A stretch of DNA of 64,000 bases from an uncultured delta proteobacterium (lineage in GTDB: Bacteria; Desulfobacterota; Desulfobaccia; Desulfobaccales; 0-14-0-80-60-11): NCBI GenBank assembly GCA_963812015.1, contig CAWETI010000003.1, forward strand, positions 96,001 through 160,000. The letters run 5' to 3'. Both the position numbers and the translations under genes were made by a program. Under the pieces are notes generated by a model that saw nothing but the letters and a program-made list of their open reading frames with translations, ran no database searches and was not told where the DNA came from. Shown here one piece after another: positions 1 to 9,640 of this stretch (position 1 is the first letter of the stretch; every line of letters begins with the position of its first letter).

Positions 1-339
1 GGGGCAGGCCAGGATGGCCTGGACCATGACCATGGCGGTGGGGGTGTAAAGCAGGCCCAGGAACCCCAGGGGTCCGCTCCGGGAGAGGAAGAGGTAGAGA
101 AAGAGCCCGGCCACCACCGGCGGCAGCCCCATGCCGGTGTTCATCAGGCTGATGACCAGGCCCCGGAGGGGCACCCGGCGCCAGGCCAGGGCCGCCCCCA
201 GGGGCAGGCCCAGGAGCGTGGCGATCACCAGGGCCGACCCCGAGACCTGCAAGGACAGGAGAATGATGCGGAAAAGCTCGGGGTTGATGGTGAGGATGAG
301 CTTAAAGGCCCCGATGAACCCGTAGAGGATGGAGTGCAT
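1..339 (-). CDS. tupB: Tungstate ABC transporter permease (5' part; runs off window start)
   Basis: Manual translation from ATG 339 gives MHSILYGFIGAFKLILTINPELFRIILLSLQVSG...NTGMGLPPVVAGLFLYLFLSRSGPLG. This is a TupB-like motif, and the gene lies downstream of tupA. Confidence 0.88.
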   Translation of the reverse strand, partial: MHSILYGFIGAFKLILTINPELFRIILLSLQVSGSALVIATLLGLPLGAALAWRRVPLRGLVISLMNTGMGLPPVVAGLFLYLFLSRSGPLGFLGLLYTPTAMVMVQAILACP

Positions 340-444
340 AAGGATTTGGCGAGCAGGGCACAGGTCACCGCCGTTGACCTGCCCCGGGTTTTTTTATTTT
401 TATAAGAGAGTGTTAAATAGTTATATTCTGAACTGCCGTCGTCG

Positions 445-471
445 GGGCGACTCTTTGGGTCGCCCTTTTTT
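445..471 (+). terminator. GC hairpin with T-tract on the + strand (antisense to the tup genes); may act as an mRNA-stabilising hairpin
   Basis: GGGCGAC-tctttgg-GTCGCCC-TTTTTT. Confidence 0.45.
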
Positions 472-499
472 CCAGGCCATTTATCTCATGCTCGCCCGA

Positions 500-1321
500 T
501 TATTTGGCATTGGGAATGAACAGTTTATTGCCGTTTTTGTCTTGAAAGTTGCCGATGATCGCCTGGCCTTCCGGGGAGATGAGCCAGTTGATGAACACCA
601 TGGCCTCCTTATTCTTGACGTCCTTATGTTTGGCAGGATTGACCGCCATCACGCCGTACTGATTGAACAGGACGGGATCGCCCTCCAGGACCACCACCAT
701 CTCCAGCTTGTCCTTGTCCTTGGTGGCCAGCCAGGTGCCCCGGTCGGTGAGGGTATAAGCCCGCTTTTCGTTAGCGACCCGCTGGGTCTTCTCCATGCCC
801 TGACCCACTTCCATATACCATTTCTGCCCCTTGGGGTCGATCCCCGCCTCTTTCCAGATGGCCAGTTCCTTGGTGTGGGTACCGGATTTATCCCCCCGGG
901 AGACAAACGGGGACGTGCTGCCGGCAATCTTCTTAAAGGCCTCGGTGGCGGACTTCAACCCCTTGAGTTTGGCGGGGTCAGCCGGGGGTCCGATGATGAC
1001 GAAGTCGTTATACATGACGTCGTGGCGGTTCACGAAAAAACCTTCTTCCACCGCCTTTAATTCCTGGTTCTTGGCATGGACCAGGACGACATCGGCGTCC
1101 CCTCTTTTGCCGATTTCAATGGCCGCCCCGGTGCCCACAGCCACCACGTCCACTTTGATGCCGGTCTGCTTTTCAAAGAGCGGCAGCAGATAATCAAATA
1201 AACCCGAATTCTGGGTGCTGGTGGTGGAGGCGCACTTGATCCGGATTTCCGCCGGGGCGGTCCCGGCCGTCAGCGCCACAGCTACGACCACTAATATTCC
1301 TATGCAGAGTCCTTTCACCAT
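500..1321 (-). CDS. tupA: Tungstate-binding periplasmic protein
   Basis: Signal peptide; motifs ASTTSTQNSGL, GTGAA, DVVLVHA, VMYNDFVIIGP, SRGDKSGTH; RBS AAGGAGG. Confidence 0.92.
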   Translation of the reverse strand: MVKGLCIGILVVVAVALTAGTAPAEIRIKCASTTSTQNSGLFDYLLPLFEKQTGIKVDVVAVGTGAAIEIGKRGDADVVLVHAKNQELKAVEEGFFVNRHDVMYNDFVIIGPPADPAKLKGLKSATEAFKKIAGSTSPFVSRGDKSGTHTKELAIWKEAGIDPKGQKWYMEVGQGMEKTQRVANEKRAYTLTDRGTWLATKDKDKLEMVVVLEGDPVLFNQYGVMAVNPAKHKDVKNKEAMVFINWLISPEGQAIIGNFQDKNGNKLFIPNAK

Positions 1322-1419
1322 CTCCGATCCTCCTTAGCCTCAGATTTTGCGGGGTTTCCGATCACCCGGGAGAGGTGAAGAAAAATTCTTCCCCTCCGGG
1401 AGTTCTCCGCACGGCGGGG

Positions 1420-3525
1420 CTATTTATCCACAATTTTGGTCACCGTGACAAAATGCTCCTGCAAGGCCATGGCGCCGCCGGCCGGATCCCACCTGCCCAG
1501 GCCCCCGGACATGAAGGCTTGGTCGGCCACCCCTTTGCCCAGGGCCCGGCTCTCCACCGGGAGGGTATGCCCGAAGCCGTGGACCATGAAGACCGCGTCG
1601 GGATGGATCAGGTCGGTCACCTTGGCTTTCATCCTGCCCCGGTGGCCGTTGCTGGCGACTTCCACCTCTTCCCCGTCGCTGATCATCAATGCCTCCGCTT
1701 TTTGCCGGTTGATCCACAGGACGTTTTCCGGCATCATCTCCGCCAGGAGAATATTATTGACGGTGTGCCCCTGGGTGTGCACGGCGCAGCGCCCGAAGGT
1801 CAGGCGGAATTGCCCCGGACCGGGCGCCGCCGGGGATGCATAGGGCAGCAGGGACGGCACCCCGGCGTTTTCCCACCGGTCGTTGATGACCTCAATCTCG
1901 CCGGAAGGGGTCTTGAAGGTGAGGTCCTCCCGGGAGCGGTACTTCGGCTCCTCGGCCAACGGCACCATGCCCGTAGCCTGAAAATCCGCCATGGTGACCC
2001 CGGTGCCCTGGAGCTGATACTTCCAGATATCTTCAATGGCGTCGAAGGCCAGGGGTGCGAGGTCCAGGCGGCGCGCCAGCCCCCCGAGAATCTCCCAATC
2101 CGCCCGGGTGTCGAACGCCGGGTTCACGGCCCGCTGGCGCAGAAAAAAGTAAGGCTTGAGGCCATTTTTGCAGGCCAGGATACTCTCCCGCTCCAGGTAG
2201 GGGGACAGGGGCAGAACCACATCGGAGTACCAGGCCGTGTCGGACCAACTGAAGGTGACGGACACCAGGAGGTCCAGCCGGTCAAAGATCTTTTTCAGGG
2301 CCTCCGGGTCCGGATAAGCCATGAGAGGATCATGGCGGTAGGCGATGTAAGCCTTGACGGGATACGGGTCCTCCGAGGCGATGGCCTGGAAGGCCAGGTG
2401 CAGCAAACCCGGGCCGCGGTCAAAATGGGGATATCGCCATCCCACGCCGTCGGCACGCTTTTCCGCCAGCTTGGGGAACAGGTCCGCCAGCTTTTTGAGG
2501 CCTTTATGCCCCACGTCGCCGGGCTTATTGGCGATGGGCAGCCCACCTTTGGCCCCGATACTGCCCAGCAGGGCATTGATCAGGTAGGCGGTCCGGGATT
2601 GGTAAAAGGAGTTCCGGTACCGGGCGTTCATCCAGCCGGGGTGCCAGATGACCGCGGGGCTGGCCGCGGCCAGGTCCCGGGTGAACCGGCTGATCTCGGC
2701 GGCGTCGATCCCGGTCTCGGCTGCGGCCCACTCCGGAGTGTACGGCTTCACGAACAACGCCAATTTGTCGAGATCCTTGATGCAGCGATGGGCAAATTCT
2801 CCATCATAGAGCTTGTGGGCCAGCAGTTCGTGGATGATCGCCAGGTTCAAGGCATAATCCGTGCCGGGGCGGATAAGAAAGAATCGGTCCGCCTTGGTGG
2901 CCGAAATGTTGGCCCGGATGTCAATGACCGACAGTTTGCACCCTCTGGCCATGCCCTCGATCAGGTCGTTGACCTCTTTAACGTTAATGGCCTCAAAGAT
3001 ATTGCGGGTCTGGAGGACCACGTGCCGGGCATTTTTATAGTCATAGACCACCTCGTTACGCCCGCCCCCTAAGACGGAGAGGGCGGCGTGGTGGACATTG
3101 CGGGCGCACGCCGAATCATGGTTGCAATAATTGGGCGACCCCACCCCCCGGAGGAAGGCCTGGTGCAGATCCCGGAAGGGACCGCCCCGGTCGGAGAAGA
3201 GCACGGTTCTGGCCCCGTACTTGCCCATGGCTTCTTTGAGCCGAGCCGCGGTGTAATCCAGGGCTTCCTCCCAGCCGGCCTGGCGCCACTTGCCTTCGCC
3301 CCTGGCGCCGGTGCGGATCAGGGGATATTGGGGCCGCTCGTTATCTTCGATGAGGGCCGTGCCCGCTCCCCCCCGGGCACAGAGGGCTCCTTCCAGCCCC
3401 GCCGCATGGGGATTCCCCTGGACAAACTTGACGCGGTTGCCCGCCACTTCCACCTGGATGGGGCACCGCACAGTACACATGCCGCAGATGCTGTAGACCT
3501 GCTTGCCGGTCAATTGATTCTCCAC
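1420..3525 (-). CDS. Molybdopterin (Mo/W-bisPGD) oxidoreductase, PsrA/PhsA (thiosulfate/polysulfide reductase)-like catalytic subunit, no Tat signal
   Basis: N-terminal CGMCTVRC...LCARG 4Fe-4S motif, HDSAC putative metal-ligand Cys, SDTAWYSDVVLP, C-terminal molybdopterin-dinucleotide domain (HTQGHT, VFMVHGFG). Confidence 0.85.
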   Translation of the reverse strand: MENQLTGKQVYSICGMCTVRCPIQVEVAGNRVKFVQGNPHAAGLEGALCARGGAGTALIEDNERPQYPLIRTGARGEGKWRQAGWEEALDYTAARLKEAMGKYGARTVLFSDRGGPFRDLHQAFLRGVGSPNYCNHDSACARNVHHAALSVLGGGRNEVVYDYKNARHVVLQTRNIFEAINVKEVNDLIEGMARGCKLSVIDIRANISATKADRFFLIRPGTDYALNLAIIHELLAHKLYDGEFAHRCIKDLDKLALFVKPYTPEWAAAETGIDAAEISRFTRDLAAASPAVIWHPGWMNARYRNSFYQSRTAYLINALLGSIGAKGGLPIANKPGDVGHKGLKKLADLFPKLAEKRADGVGWRYPHFDRGPGLLHLAFQAIASEDPYPVKAYIAYRHDPLMAYPDPEALKKIFDRLDLLVSVTFSWSDTAWYSDVVLPLSPYLERESILACKNGLKPYFFLRQRAVNPAFDTRADWEILGGLARRLDLAPLAFDAIEDIWKYQLQGTGVTMADFQATGMVPLAEEPKYRSREDLTFKTPSGEIEVINDRWENAGVPSLLPYASPAAPGPGQFRLTFGRCAVHTQGHTVNNILLAEMMPENVLWINRQKAEALMISDGEEVEVASNGHRGRMKAKVTDLIHPDAVFMVHGFGHTLPVESRALGKGVADQAFMSGGLGRWDPAGGAMALQEHFVTVTKIVDK

Positions 3526-3588
3526 CTATGGTCTTAAGATAAGATCGGGATAGACGTTCTCGTTTTATCCTTAACGGTTCAGGCCAGG

Positions 3589-4446
3589 TTATTGGTCATA
3601 CTGCCGGGCATAGGCCGCATCATTATAGAGCCCCTCGCCGTACCGATCCCGGCCATAATCCTGGATGATCTTTTGGCCCTGGGGGGAGGCCACAAAGGCG
3701 ATGAACTTGCCCGCCAGCGCCGCCCCGGGGGTGGCCCCGGCCGGCTGGCAGAGGGCGTTGTAAGTATTGACCAGCATCTTATCACCCTGATACAGGATCT
3801 TGAGGTTGGGCGCCGCCTTTTTTTCCGCCACCCAGGTGCTGCTGTCCACCATGAAATAGCCCTTTTCCTGATCGGCCCGTTTTAAGGTGGCGGTCATGAA
3901 ATCCTTGGTGACGATGTACCAGTCTCCTCCGGGTTTGATGCCGGCTTCTTTCCAGATGTGCAGTTCTTTTTTGTGAGTGCCGGAATTGTCCCCCCGGGAA
4001 AAAAACTTGGCCTGGGCGTTGGCGATACGGCGGTAAGCCTCCAGGGCGCTCTTGGCTTCGGCAATCCTGGCCGGATCGCTGGCCGGGCCGACGAGAAAGA
4101 ACTCATTGGAGCCGATGAGGGTGCGGTCGGTGGCCCAGCCCTCCCGCACCGCCTGCTGCTCGGCTGCGGGGGCATGGACCATGATCATGTCCACTTTCTT
4201 ATCCTTGAGCAATTGGAGAGACTCTCCCGAACCGGCTTTAATCCACTGCAGGGTAATCCGCCCCTGCATGGCCTTATCGAACCCTGCCGCCAGGGCCTCC
4301 AGCAGTCCCAACTCCCCCGGGCTGCCGGTGGCCAGGGTAAATTTCTCCTGGCCCTGGCCATACACGCCGTGGTAAGGGGCCGCAGCCGCGGTGAACGACC
4401 CCAGGCAAAACAGCCCCACCACCATTACCAGGATTTTCTTGGTCAT
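3589..4446 (-). CDS. Second TupA-like oxyanion-binding protein (divergent)
   Basis: Signal peptide from ATG 4446 (RBS GGAGG). Shares MVHAP, LVGP..DPA, SRGDNSGTH and NTY with TupA, but has ATGSPGELGL in place of STTSTQNSGL. Confidence 0.8.
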   Translation of the reverse strand: MTKKILVMVVGLFCLGSFTAAAAPYHGVYGQGQEKFTLATGSPGELGLLEALAAGFDKAMQGRITLQWIKAGSGESLQLLKDKKVDMIMVHAPAAEQQAVREGWATDRTLIGSNEFFLVGPASDPARIAEAKSALEAYRRIANAQAKFFSRGDNSGTHKKELHIWKEAGIKPGGDWYIVTKDFMTATLKRADQEKGYFMVDSSTWVAEKKAAPNLKILYQGDKMLVNTYNALCQPAGATPGAALAGKFIAFVASPQGQKIIQDYGRDRYGEGLYNDAAYARQYDQ

Positions 4447-5073
4447 ACCCTTCCTCCAGCTAGCGGAGAATTTTACGGTTTCTCCTGTCGCTATTCTTTT
4501 CAACAAATATCCAGCGGCAAAAAAAATGGTCCTGGCCATAAACCTGCCGGGGCCTTCGCCACTCCCGGAAGGGGCCCATCAGGCGCTAAAACCGGGCCAG
4601 GGCCGTGCCCCGGCCATGGTCGATTTTTTCTAGCCATGGCCTTATTTTTTCTAAAAAATAGCCAAAAATTCACCAAAAACCAAGGTTTTTTTCTCCCGGT
4701 TGCCAAACTGAAATTATTGAGATAAATTAAAAATTAATCTCTCCAGATCCCGTCGGCATCTTCTTCTTAACACCTCCAGGACAACCATACTCTTAAACTA
4801 TAGGAAACCGGGTCATGGGGGGCCGTTGCTGCCGGCGCCTCATACGAGCCTCAAGGGCAGGGAAAAGAGGAAGATTTTGCTTGACTTTATTTCGCTTATA
4901 AGCTGATTATATTGAAATATCAAAAGATTTGGGGGGGGAGCCCCGGTCCGGCCAGCATCCTTGGGGGAGGGCAGGCCTACGCGGGCCTGGGCAACATGGA
5001 CGCGCCGCCGCAAGCATTTCTGCAGATTCAACTTTTCCCCTGAACCCCCGATCTATAACGGTAGAGGAAAATT

Positions 5074-7881
5074 TTGCCTCAGCGTCACAAATTCAAATCA
5101 TCCTGTGTCTCATTGATGCGGGGCTTTAGACTGTGCGCCTGGCCCATCCTGGCCATCGCCGTGGTTTTGGCCGTGGCGTCAGTTTACTATACCTATACCC
5201 ATCTGGCGATTCACACCAGCCGCAACGACCTGGTCGCCAGTGACCAGCACCTGGTCCAACAGACCGAAATAATGGACAAGGCCTTTGGCGGCCGTGATGG
5301 GATGGTGGTGGTGGTGGAGAACGGCCATCCTAAGCGGGCCGTCAAGTTCGCCGATGACCTGGCCGCCGAGTTGCGGCGCTATCCGGACTCCTTTCCCGAG
5401 CTTTTCTATCAAATCAACCCGGAGAGATTCAAACCCTCGGCCCTGCTCTATCTGGACCTCAAGGATCTCAACAAGATCAAAACCAGTCTCCTGGCACAGC
5501 ATAACCTGTTGTCGGGCCTGGCCGCCAACCCGCGCCTGACCACCTTTTACCAGTTGGTGAATGACCAGATGGCCCGGGCGATGGTCGGCGAGGTCTTCAC
5601 CGGGTTCCTGGCAGAAACGCCCAAGGAGGAGCTGCCGGACCTCTCCCTGTTGAACGCTTCCCTCCGGGGCCTCTCTGCCAGTCTGGAGGGCAAAAAGCCA
5701 GAGAATTCTCTGTTTAGTGGATTTTTCCCCAAGGAGTTAAGTGACTTAGAGGAAACCGGTTATTTTTTTACTGACAATGACAAGTTCCTCTTGTTCCTGG
5801 TGACGCCGGCCGGCGACGGGTACGCCACCCGCAGCAAAGACCTGGCTCTCCTGCGCCAAGTGGTGGAGCGGGTCAAAACCCGGTACCCCGGACTCCAGGC
5901 GGGGGTGACCGGCCCCGACGCCCTGGAAGCCGACGAAATGAGCAGTTCCATGCAAGACATCACCCTGGCCACCTGGTTGTCCCTGCTGGGCCAGATGGGA
6001 CTGCTGATCCTGTTTTTCCGCAGTCTGAGACGCCCCCTGGTGGAGGGGGCGGTCCTGATTCTGGGTCTGTGTTGGACCTTCGGATTGGTCACCTTGGTGG
6101 TGGGCCACCTCAACCTCCTCTCCCTGATCTTCGCGCCGCTTATGCTGGGCCTCACCATCGACTACGGCGTCCATTGGTTTTGCCGCCTGGAGGAAGAGGA
6201 AGCCGCGGTGGGCCACTGCAGTACCAATGTCTTGGCCAGCACCTTTCGACGCTCGGCCCCGGGGATTGTCTATGCGGGATTGGCCGCCGTGGTTTCCTTT
6301 GTGCCCCTGGCTTTCGTGGGCTTCAAGGGCCTGGCGGAATTGGGTCTGATCCTCGCCATGGGGATCCTGGTAATGCTGGTGGCCACCCTGGTCCTGGTGC
6401 CGGCCCTGGTGAGCATTACGGAAAAATGTCCACCTAGTGAATCTTGCGAGTATCCCCCGCCTCGCCCCAAGCCGTTCCTGCACCTGCATTGGCGCCGGCC
6501 CGGCCTGATGGTGGCGCTGGGGTTGGTGGTCACCGCCCTGGGCGGCCTCAGCCTGTACTACGTGCCCTTCGACTTGAATCCTCTGCATCTGCAGAATCCC
6601 ACCACCGAATCGGTGGTGTGGGAATACAAGCTGATTCAGGATTCCAAATATTCCACCTCCTATGGCGCCCTGGCCACCGCCTCCGTCAAGGAACTGGAGG
6701 CCCGGATCGAGGCCCTGAAAAGCCTGCCCACGGTCTCTCATGTGGAGTCGATCCTCTCTTTTCTCCCCCAACAGGTGGCCGAAAAACGTCAGATCATCCG
6801 GCAGATACTGCCGGAACTGAATGCCCTCACCTTCCCCCGGGCCCCGGCGGGACCCTCTGATCCCCAGAGGCTGGCTACGATCTTGAGCCGGATCAATTTT
6901 AAAATGGCCGAGGCCGCCAAGAATTTCGAAAAAGAGCAGGCGGCCACCAAGGAGCAGGTTGAGGAAACCCACCGGCTCATTAACCAGATCATTCCGCGGC
7001 TCCAGGCCCAGGACCCCCAAACGGCCAGCCGCCTTGAGGATTATAGCCAGTATTTTTTCTCGGATCTCAGAGATACCTGGGACTTGTTTAGGGGTTTTGC
7101 GGAATCGGGGCTGACCGCGCCGCCCCCCACCCTGCCGGATTTGCCCCAATCGGTGCGGCAGCGCTTCATCAGCCCCCAGGACACCTATCTCATCCGGGTT
7201 TTTCCCTCTGAAGACACCTGGAATTTTGTCCCCCTGAAACGGTTTGTCAAGAGCCTCTGGGGTGTCGACCCCAATGCCGTGGGCGACCCGGTGCTCCTCT
7301 ATACCTTTACCCTGGGGTTCCGTAATTCCATCCTTTGGGCGGCGGGCATGGCCCTGTTGGCCATTGCCGTCATGCTGGCGCTCTTATTCCGCAGCCTGAA
7401 AATGGCCATGCTGGCCCTCATCCCCCTAGTGGCGGGCACCGGCCTGACCGTCTGCATGATGTGGTTGCTGAAACTCCCCTTCAATCAGGCCAACGTGCTC
7501 TTCGTGCCATTGGTGCTGGGGGAGGGGATTGAATTCGGGATCATCATTCTGGCCCGATGGCAGCTGGAGGAATCGGCCCGGGCCATTACCCTGCCCGCCA
7601 GCACCGCCAAAGGGGTGGCCCTGGCGGCCTTGACCACCACCCTGGGGTTCGGCAGTTTGATGGTTTCGGGGCACGAGGGCACCTTCAGCCTGGGACTCCT
7701 GGCCACCGTGGGCAGCCTCAGTGTGCTCCTGGCTTCTTTAAGCATCCTGCCGGCCTTCCTCCGCTTGGTGGAAAGAGGCTACAGTCGTCAACCCGCGTTC
7801 CGGCCTTACCCTAGCCTGGGACGATGGGTAAATAATATGATAAGGAAAAAAGCCGATGAAAAAACCGCTCTGGATCATTAG
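5074..7881 (+). CDS. MMPL/RND family transporter, HpnN-like (hopanoid transport)
   Basis: Two RND repeats (GLTIDYGVH, GIEFGIIIL), about 12 TM segments, large periplasmic loops, FDLNPLHLQNP motif; overlaps an MlaC/HpnM-like gene; start uncertain. Confidence 0.75.
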   Translation: MPQRHKFKSSCVSLMRGFRLCAWPILAIAVVLAVASVYYTYTHLAIHTSRNDLVASDQHLVQQTEIMDKAFGGRDGMVVVVENGHPKRAVKFADDLAAELRRYPDSFPELFYQINPERFKPSALLYLDLKDLNKIKTSLLAQHNLLSGLAANPRLTTFYQLVNDQMARAMVGEVFTGFLAETPKEELPDLSLLNASLRGLSASLEGKKPENSLFSGFFPKELSDLEETGYFFTDNDKFLLFLVTPAGDGYATRSKDLALLRQVVERVKTRYPGLQAGVTGPDALEADEMSSSMQDITLATWLSLLGQMGLLILFFRSLRRPLVEGAVLILGLCWTFGLVTLVVGHLNLLSLIFAPLMLGLTIDYGVHWFCRLEEEEAAVGHCSTNVLASTFRRSAPGIVYAGLAAVVSFVPLAFVGFKGLAELGLILAMGILVMLVATLVLVPALVSITEKCPPSESCEYPPPRPKPFLHLHWRRPGLMVALGLVVTALGGLSLYYVPFDLNPLHLQNPTTESVVWEYKLIQDSKYSTSYGALATASVKELEARIEALKSLPTVSHVESILSFLPQQVAEKRQIIRQILPELNALTFPRAPAGPSDPQRLATILSRINFKMAEAAKNFEKEQAATKEQVEETHRLINQIIPRLQAQDPQTASRLEDYSQYFFSDLRDTWDLFRGFAESGLTAPPPTLPDLPQSVRQRFISPQDTYLIRVFPSEDTWNFVPLKRFVKSLWGVDPNAVGDPVLLYTFTLGFRNSILWAAGMALLAIAVMLALLFRSLKMAMLALIPLVAGTGLTVCMMWLLKLPFNQANVLFVPLVLGEGIEFGIIILARWQLEESARAITLPASTAKGVALAALTTTLGFGSLMVSGHEGTFSLGLLATVGSLSVLLASLSILPAFLRLVERGYSRQPAFRPYPSLGRWVNNMIRKKADEKTALDH

Positions 7882-8446
7882 CCTGGCCCTGGCCGCTGGT
7901 TGCATGTGGATCATGCCTGCGGGAGCGGAAACCCCTACGGGTTATATCCGGAGTATCTTGGACAAGGTGATGGCCATCCAAAATGACCCGGCCCTGGCCG
8001 GCCAGGCCCGGGCCCAGGCCGTTCACAAGGTCATTGAGCAGAGCTTCGATTTTACCCTGATGGCCAAAGACTCCCTGGGGGAGACCTATGGTCGCCTTAG
8101 CAATGGCCAACGCCAGGAATTTACCCGCACCTTCAGCTACCTGTTCCAGGATTCCTACACCCGCCTGGTCCTCAACTTCCTGAAAAAGGAAAACATCCAA
8201 TACGGCCAGGAACGCCCGGAAGGCAACGGAACCCGGGTGGACACCACCATCGTCCGCACCAATGAAAACATTCCGGTGGCTTACTTGATGCGCCAGGCTC
8301 CCCAGGGGTGGCTGCTCTTCGACGTCATTGTGGATGGGGTGAGCATCCTCCACAACTACAAGACCCAGTTCGCCCAGGTCATCCAAACCAAGTCATTTGA
8401 TTTTCTCCTCAATAAACTGGAAGAACAGCGCCGGGCCATTCAATAG
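7856..8446 (+). CDS. MlaC/Ttg2D (HpnM-like) periplasmic lipid-shuttle protein
   Basis: Signal peptide; FDFTLMAKDSLG, WLLFDVIVDGVS..NYKTQF. Confidence 0.82.
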   Translation: MKKPLWIISLALAAGCMWIMPAGAETPTGYIRSILDKVMAIQNDPALAGQARAQAVHKVIEQSFDFTLMAKDSLGETYGRLSNGQRQEFTRTFSYLFQDSYTRLVLNFLKKENIQYGQERPEGNGTRVDTTIVRTNENIPVAYLMRQAPQGWLLFDVIVDGVSILHNYKTQFAQVIQTKSFDFLLNKLEEQRRAIQ

Positions 8447-8460
8447 CCGTTGGAAGGCCA

Positions 8461-8514
8461 TAGGGACGTGATGGATCACGCCCCAAAAGGGCGCACACAC
8501 GGGTGCGCCCCTAC
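8461..8514. repeat. REP-like palindrome doublet (GTAG-type)
   Basis: TAGGGACGTGATggATCACGCCCC ... GGGCGCACacacggGTGCGCCCCTAC; similar units elsewhere in the window. Confidence 0.65.
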
Positions 8515-8792
8515 GTTCAATTCCTTCTTTTTTGCATGCAACCCAGGACAAAATGGCTTGTAGTTGCGCTCGAACCGTGACACCTAAAGTCCATCACCCC
8601 CGGCTTACCTAAATTTGCTCAGCAGATTCCATCGGCAGTCCCGGCATCCTCCCGCCTGAGCCCCGCAATCTTAACAATTATTAATTTTAATATAACACAT
8701 GTTAACCAAAGTCGTTAATTGGGTAGACGCGGGAAAAGGGGGCAGAGATATATTACCAAGAAAAACAGTCGGTTTTATGTTGCAGATTAGGC

Positions 8793-8808
8793 TGGCACCT
8801 TTTTTGCT
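8793..8808 (+). promoter_or_regulatory. sigma54 (-24/-12) promoter of the tusA-hdr operon
   Basis: TGGCAC-CTTTT-TTGCT matches TGGCACN5TTGC exactly, about 75 bp before the tusA ATG, with an AT-rich region upstream. Confidence 0.85.
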
Positions 8809-8883
8809 TAACATAAAATGCAGATAAGATCAGCCGCCGGCACGGGGTGGCCGGACCATTCAAGGCTCAAAAGGAGAACCACC

Positions 8884-9138
8884 ATGTCTGACGTCGATCT
8901 GACCACGATCAAAGCCGCCAACGTAGTGGATGCCCGGGGCAGCGCCTGTCCCGGCCCTTTGCTTGAAGCCAAAAAGGGAATCGGCAAGGTGAAAGTGGGC
9001 GAAGTGCTGGAAGTGCTTTCCAATGATGCCGGCACCAAAGAAGACGTTCCCATCTGGGCCAAGAAGGTGGGACACGATTATCTCGGGTTCCTCCCCGCCG
9101 ACGGGTATGACCGGATCTTCGTGGTTCGGAAAAAGTAA
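8884..9138 (+). CDS. tusA: TusA/SirA family sulfur carrier
   Basis: VDARGSACPGP (CPxP motif), GEVLEVLSND; RBS AAGGAG. Confidence 0.88.
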   Translation: MSDVDLTTIKAANVVDARGSACPGPLLEAKKGIGKVKVGEVLEVLSNDAGTKEDVPIWAKKVGHDYLGFLPADGYDRIFVVRKK

Positions 9139-9150
9139 GCCAGAACTGCC

Positions 9151-9585
9151 ATGGCAGCCCAGCAACCTCCAGGGAAAATCTTGATTTTGGCGACGGAAAG
9201 TTGCGCCTATCCCGGGGCTGACGCCGTGGGGCAGGCGCACCAGAGTTATCCGGCCAACGCCTATATCCTCAAGGTCAGAGCCCCGGTGCTTTTCCCGGAG
9301 CAGTTTTATCTGGACTGTTTTGCCAAGGGTATTGCCGGCATCATCATCATGTCCTGCGGTGTGGAGTGTCCCTATGAAGGCGCTTATGACGGCCTGGCCA
9401 AGCGCATCGACCGGGTCTACGTCCTGATGAAAGAACGGGGCCTGGACATCCGCCGCCTCAGGCTTACCTCCATCTGCACGGTGTGCACCCGGGCCTTTAT
9501 CAAAGAAGTCAACCTGATGAACGAAGTGGTGGCGGAATTGGGCCCCCCCGGCGCCGAACGCGCGAGGGCGGCCAACCTGGCCTGA
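9151..9585 (+). CDS. mvhD: MvhD-like 2Fe-2S adaptor (hydrogenase iron-sulfur delta subunit family)
   Basis: CAYPGADAVG, SCGVECPY, SICTVC; directly upstream of hdrA. Confidence 0.8.
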   Translation: MAAQQPPGKILILATESCAYPGADAVGQAHQSYPANAYILKVRAPVLFPEQFYLDCFAKGIAGIIIMSCGVECPYEGAYDGLAKRIDRVYVLMKERGLDIRRLRLTSICTVCTRAFIKEVNLMNEVVAELGPPGAERARAANLA

Positions 9586-9640
9586 GGCCGCGCCCGGCCT
9601 AACGTGTTAGTAAGCACCGCAACCTCCCAGGAGAACAGTA

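Noticed and set aside
1322..1419. Possible Moco/Wco riboswitch upstream of tupA
   Set aside because: Only a single long hairpin; I could not recognise the conserved Moco-motif segments.
1375..3072. Long antisense ORFs (also 5746-7149, 28051-29922, 40597-42171, 48130-49449, 62297-63433)
   Set aside because: They are shadow frames opposite well-supported genes, expected at high GC3, with no recognisable motifs.
4489..4516. ModE-like palindrome CGCT...AGCG upstream of the tup/oxidoreductase genes
   Set aside because: Spacing and the inner TATATA arms do not fit the ModE consensus; too weak to call.
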